Positions 56,958-58,513 of a stretch of 58,513 nt of DNA are shown piece after piece. Position numbers and translations under genes: made by a program. Each line of letters begins with the position of its first letter. Position 1 is the first letter of the stretch. The notes beneath the pieces are model-generated. The model was not told where the DNA came from. It was given only the letters and a program-made list of their open reading frames with translations, and searched no databases. This DNA is from a virus (Duplodnaviria; Caudoviricetes): the IMG/VR virus record IMGVR_UViG_3300000318_000081, positions 1 to 58,513 of that record, one strand, 5' to 3'.

Positions 56958-57842
56958 TTAAAATCCTCCATTATCTTCTTCGTCTTCTTTTTCGACTACT
57001 ACTGGTTTAATTTCTTCTTTATCTGAAAATCCATTTGGGTTTTCAATTTCTTCGGCTTCAATATCATCTATGCTCTTTTCGAACTGGATGTTGTCGGAGA
57101 CTTTTAGTTTTGTATAAGCCCTCATGGCATGCTTTATACATTTTGCTTCCAAAAATCCTGGGTCAATCTGTCCGTTATTAGCTGTGTAAAGCTTATTTGC
57201 AGTTCCTCCCTGATATTTTGGTGTTGAGTATTCCATCAATCTTTTAATGTCAGCTTCGAGTAACCATTTAAAATCAATCCCATTATGAGGAAGATAAACA
57301 GCACACCAGACACCAACGATAACATTACTTGTACGAGGAATTTCAGCCACGTAATCAATTGTAAGTTCTCCACGTCCGGTAGTACGAGGTTGGAAGTGAT
57401 CCTTTTCATAAATTACAATCGGATTTGACATTCTAATAATCTGTCCGGCTTTGATACGCATATTCAATTCTCCATACGCACTTACAGATAATGCGGCTAC
57501 TTCGATGTAGACATCTCTACCTTCTTTTTTTTCGCCGGTTTTAGTTCCTCGGCTTTCAATGAAAGCATCCGCTTTGCTTCCGGGTTGAAGAGATAACCCT
57601 GTAATTGCGATTTCAAAGAATGCAGAACAAAGGCTTATTCCGGTTGCGGACTTTAATTTTGTTGATGCAGATACAAGCCGTTTAAAGTATCTGGCTTCTC
57701 GTTCATACGTTGCTTCTGCATCTTCTATTGAATCATGATGCATTTTCATTCTTGTACTGATGAATGATTCCTTGATAGGGGTTTGATCGACAAGTGTTGT
57801 CTTGTCTACAACCGTAAAGTCGGGTTTTTCTTTTTCTGACAT
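56958..57842 (-). CDS. RecT/Redbeta-like single-strand annealing protein
   Basis: SLCSAFFEIAITGLSL, VSAYGEL..RIKAG, K.IKHA; acidic tail. Confidence 0.7.
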   Translation of the reverse strand: MSEKEKPDFTVVDKTTLVDQTPIKESFISTRMKMHHDSIEDAEATYEREARYFKRLVSASTKLKSATGISLCSAFFEIAITGLSLQPGSKADAFIESRGTKTGEKKEGRDVYIEVAALSVSAYGELNMRIKAGQIIRMSNPIVIYEKDHFQPRTTGRGELTIDYVAEIPRTSNVIVGVWCAVYLPHNGIDFKWLLEADIKRLMEYSTPKYQGGTANKLYTANNGQIDPGFLEAKCIKHAMRAYTKLKVSDNIQFEKSIDDIEAEEIENPNGFSDKEEIKPVVVEKEDEEDNGGF

Positions 57843-57846
57843 ATTG

Positions 57847-58095
57847 TTAAGATATTATTGGATCAATTTGAGCTAATAATGAATTGATTAATCCTTCAGA
57901 CGTACTGAATGCTTGTCCTGATTCGATAGTGTCGTAATCTCCAATAGTGTATATTACTGTTTTTTGTCCATCGGGAACGGTTATTTTACTACTCCCACTC
58001 CAAACTGAACCTTCATGTGTTGAAACTCCTTTAATAGTTCCTTTTTTCATTTTGTTTCCTGACATGTAGAAAACTTCATCTTTAATTTTTGCCAT
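57847..58095 (-). CDS. Hypothetical protein
   Basis: 82 aa. Confidence 0.65.
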   Translation of the reverse strand: MAKIKDEVFYMSGNKMKKGTIKGVSTHEGSVWSGSSKITVPDGQKTVIYTIGDYDTIESGQAFSTSEGLINSLLAQIDPIIS

Positions 58096-58111
58096 TTTGA
58101 TTGTCGTTTAA

Positions 58112-58513
58112 TTATTTCACTAAATAGGTTTGTAAAAACTGTTTTACTGTTATTTCAAGGAATGTGCATGTTTTGAAACTATACTCGGAACTTGACTTAT
58201 AAAGGCTGCCATTTTCTACAAATAGAAATAGGTCATTCAAGCTTGACACTTCTCGATTTCCATTAGCCCAGAATATTCCATTTTTAAAAAGTACCAATTG
58301 TATTCCCTTACTTTCACTCGGTGTTACCCGAATTTTGAACGGTTCGCCAACTTTCAATTTGATTTCTGACTTCTTATTTAATTCAAGTCTTTTAATTGTC
58401 AAATTCTTCAATAGCAATTTGAACTGTAAAGAAAAATTTTCAATTTGTGATTTCTGGAGATCATCTTTCAACCTCGAAAGTTTTTTTGTACTGATAATTT
58501 GTAATCTTAACAT
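58112..58513 (-). CDS. Hypothetical protein, begins at the window edge
   Basis: 133 aa. Confidence 0.5.
   Translation of the reverse strand: MLRLQIISTKKLSRLKDDLQKSQIENFSLQFKLLLKNLTIKRLELNKKSEIKLKVGEPFKIRVTPSESKGIQLVLFKNGIFWANGNREVSSLNDLFLFVENGSLYKSSSEYSFKTCTFLEITVKQFLQTYLVK

Larger units (their letters stand above)
1375..58513. mobile_element. Temperate podovirus-type Bacteroidota prophage (partial, continues past the window end)
   Basis: Integrase beside a tRNA; terminase, portal, capsid, lysis, tail and replication genes; no host housekeeping genes after 1374; no tape measure or sheath recognised. Confidence 0.93.

Noticed and set aside
587-57010. Many short antisense or overlapping ORFs in the track (e.g. 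1443-1928, 19568-19837, 51810-52238, 1118-1309)
   Set aside because: They shadow well-supported genes or the tRNA promoter and show no recognisable motifs
1375-58513. Stop-codon reassignment as in some Bacteroidota phages
   Set aside because: Long genes are intact in the standard code and no suppressor tRNA is seen; the single internal TAA at 46069 is better explained as a nonsense mutation

Overview
The first ~1.4 kb is Bacteroidota chromosome (hemW, then tRNA-Pro(TGG) with a -33/-7 promoter). The remaining ~57 kb is one end of a temperate, podovirus-type prophage that appears integrated at the tRNA-Pro 3' end; the other att end is not in the window. Order: tyrosine integrase; phage tRNA cluster (Asp, a tRNA-like RNA, Asn, Met); TerL; lysis cassette; tail fibre; adaptor; major capsid; scaffold; portal; a 3953-aa polyvalent DarB-like protein; ejection proteins; tail stabilisation protein; then early/replication genes (DnaA domain IV-only protein, RusA, MazG-like, C5-MTase, NinG, initiator with iterons, SNF2 helicase, exonuclease, RecT-like). 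Main observations: (1) the capsid protein begins with a signal/TM helix and the adjacent divergent operon encodes a minimal rhomboid protease; (2) four promoters carry a DnaA box 55-56 nt from the end of the -7 element, and the phage encodes a DnaA-domain-IV-only protein; (3) a motif TTTAGYGTCAAG-N22-GNNTNNNTTTG precedes four structural operons, three times back-to-back with the DnaA-box promoters; (4) candidate anti-defence cargo (Tad2 fusion, catalytically dead exonuclease, anticodon-collapsed tRNA mimic). All product calls come from motif recognition by eye; no searches were run.
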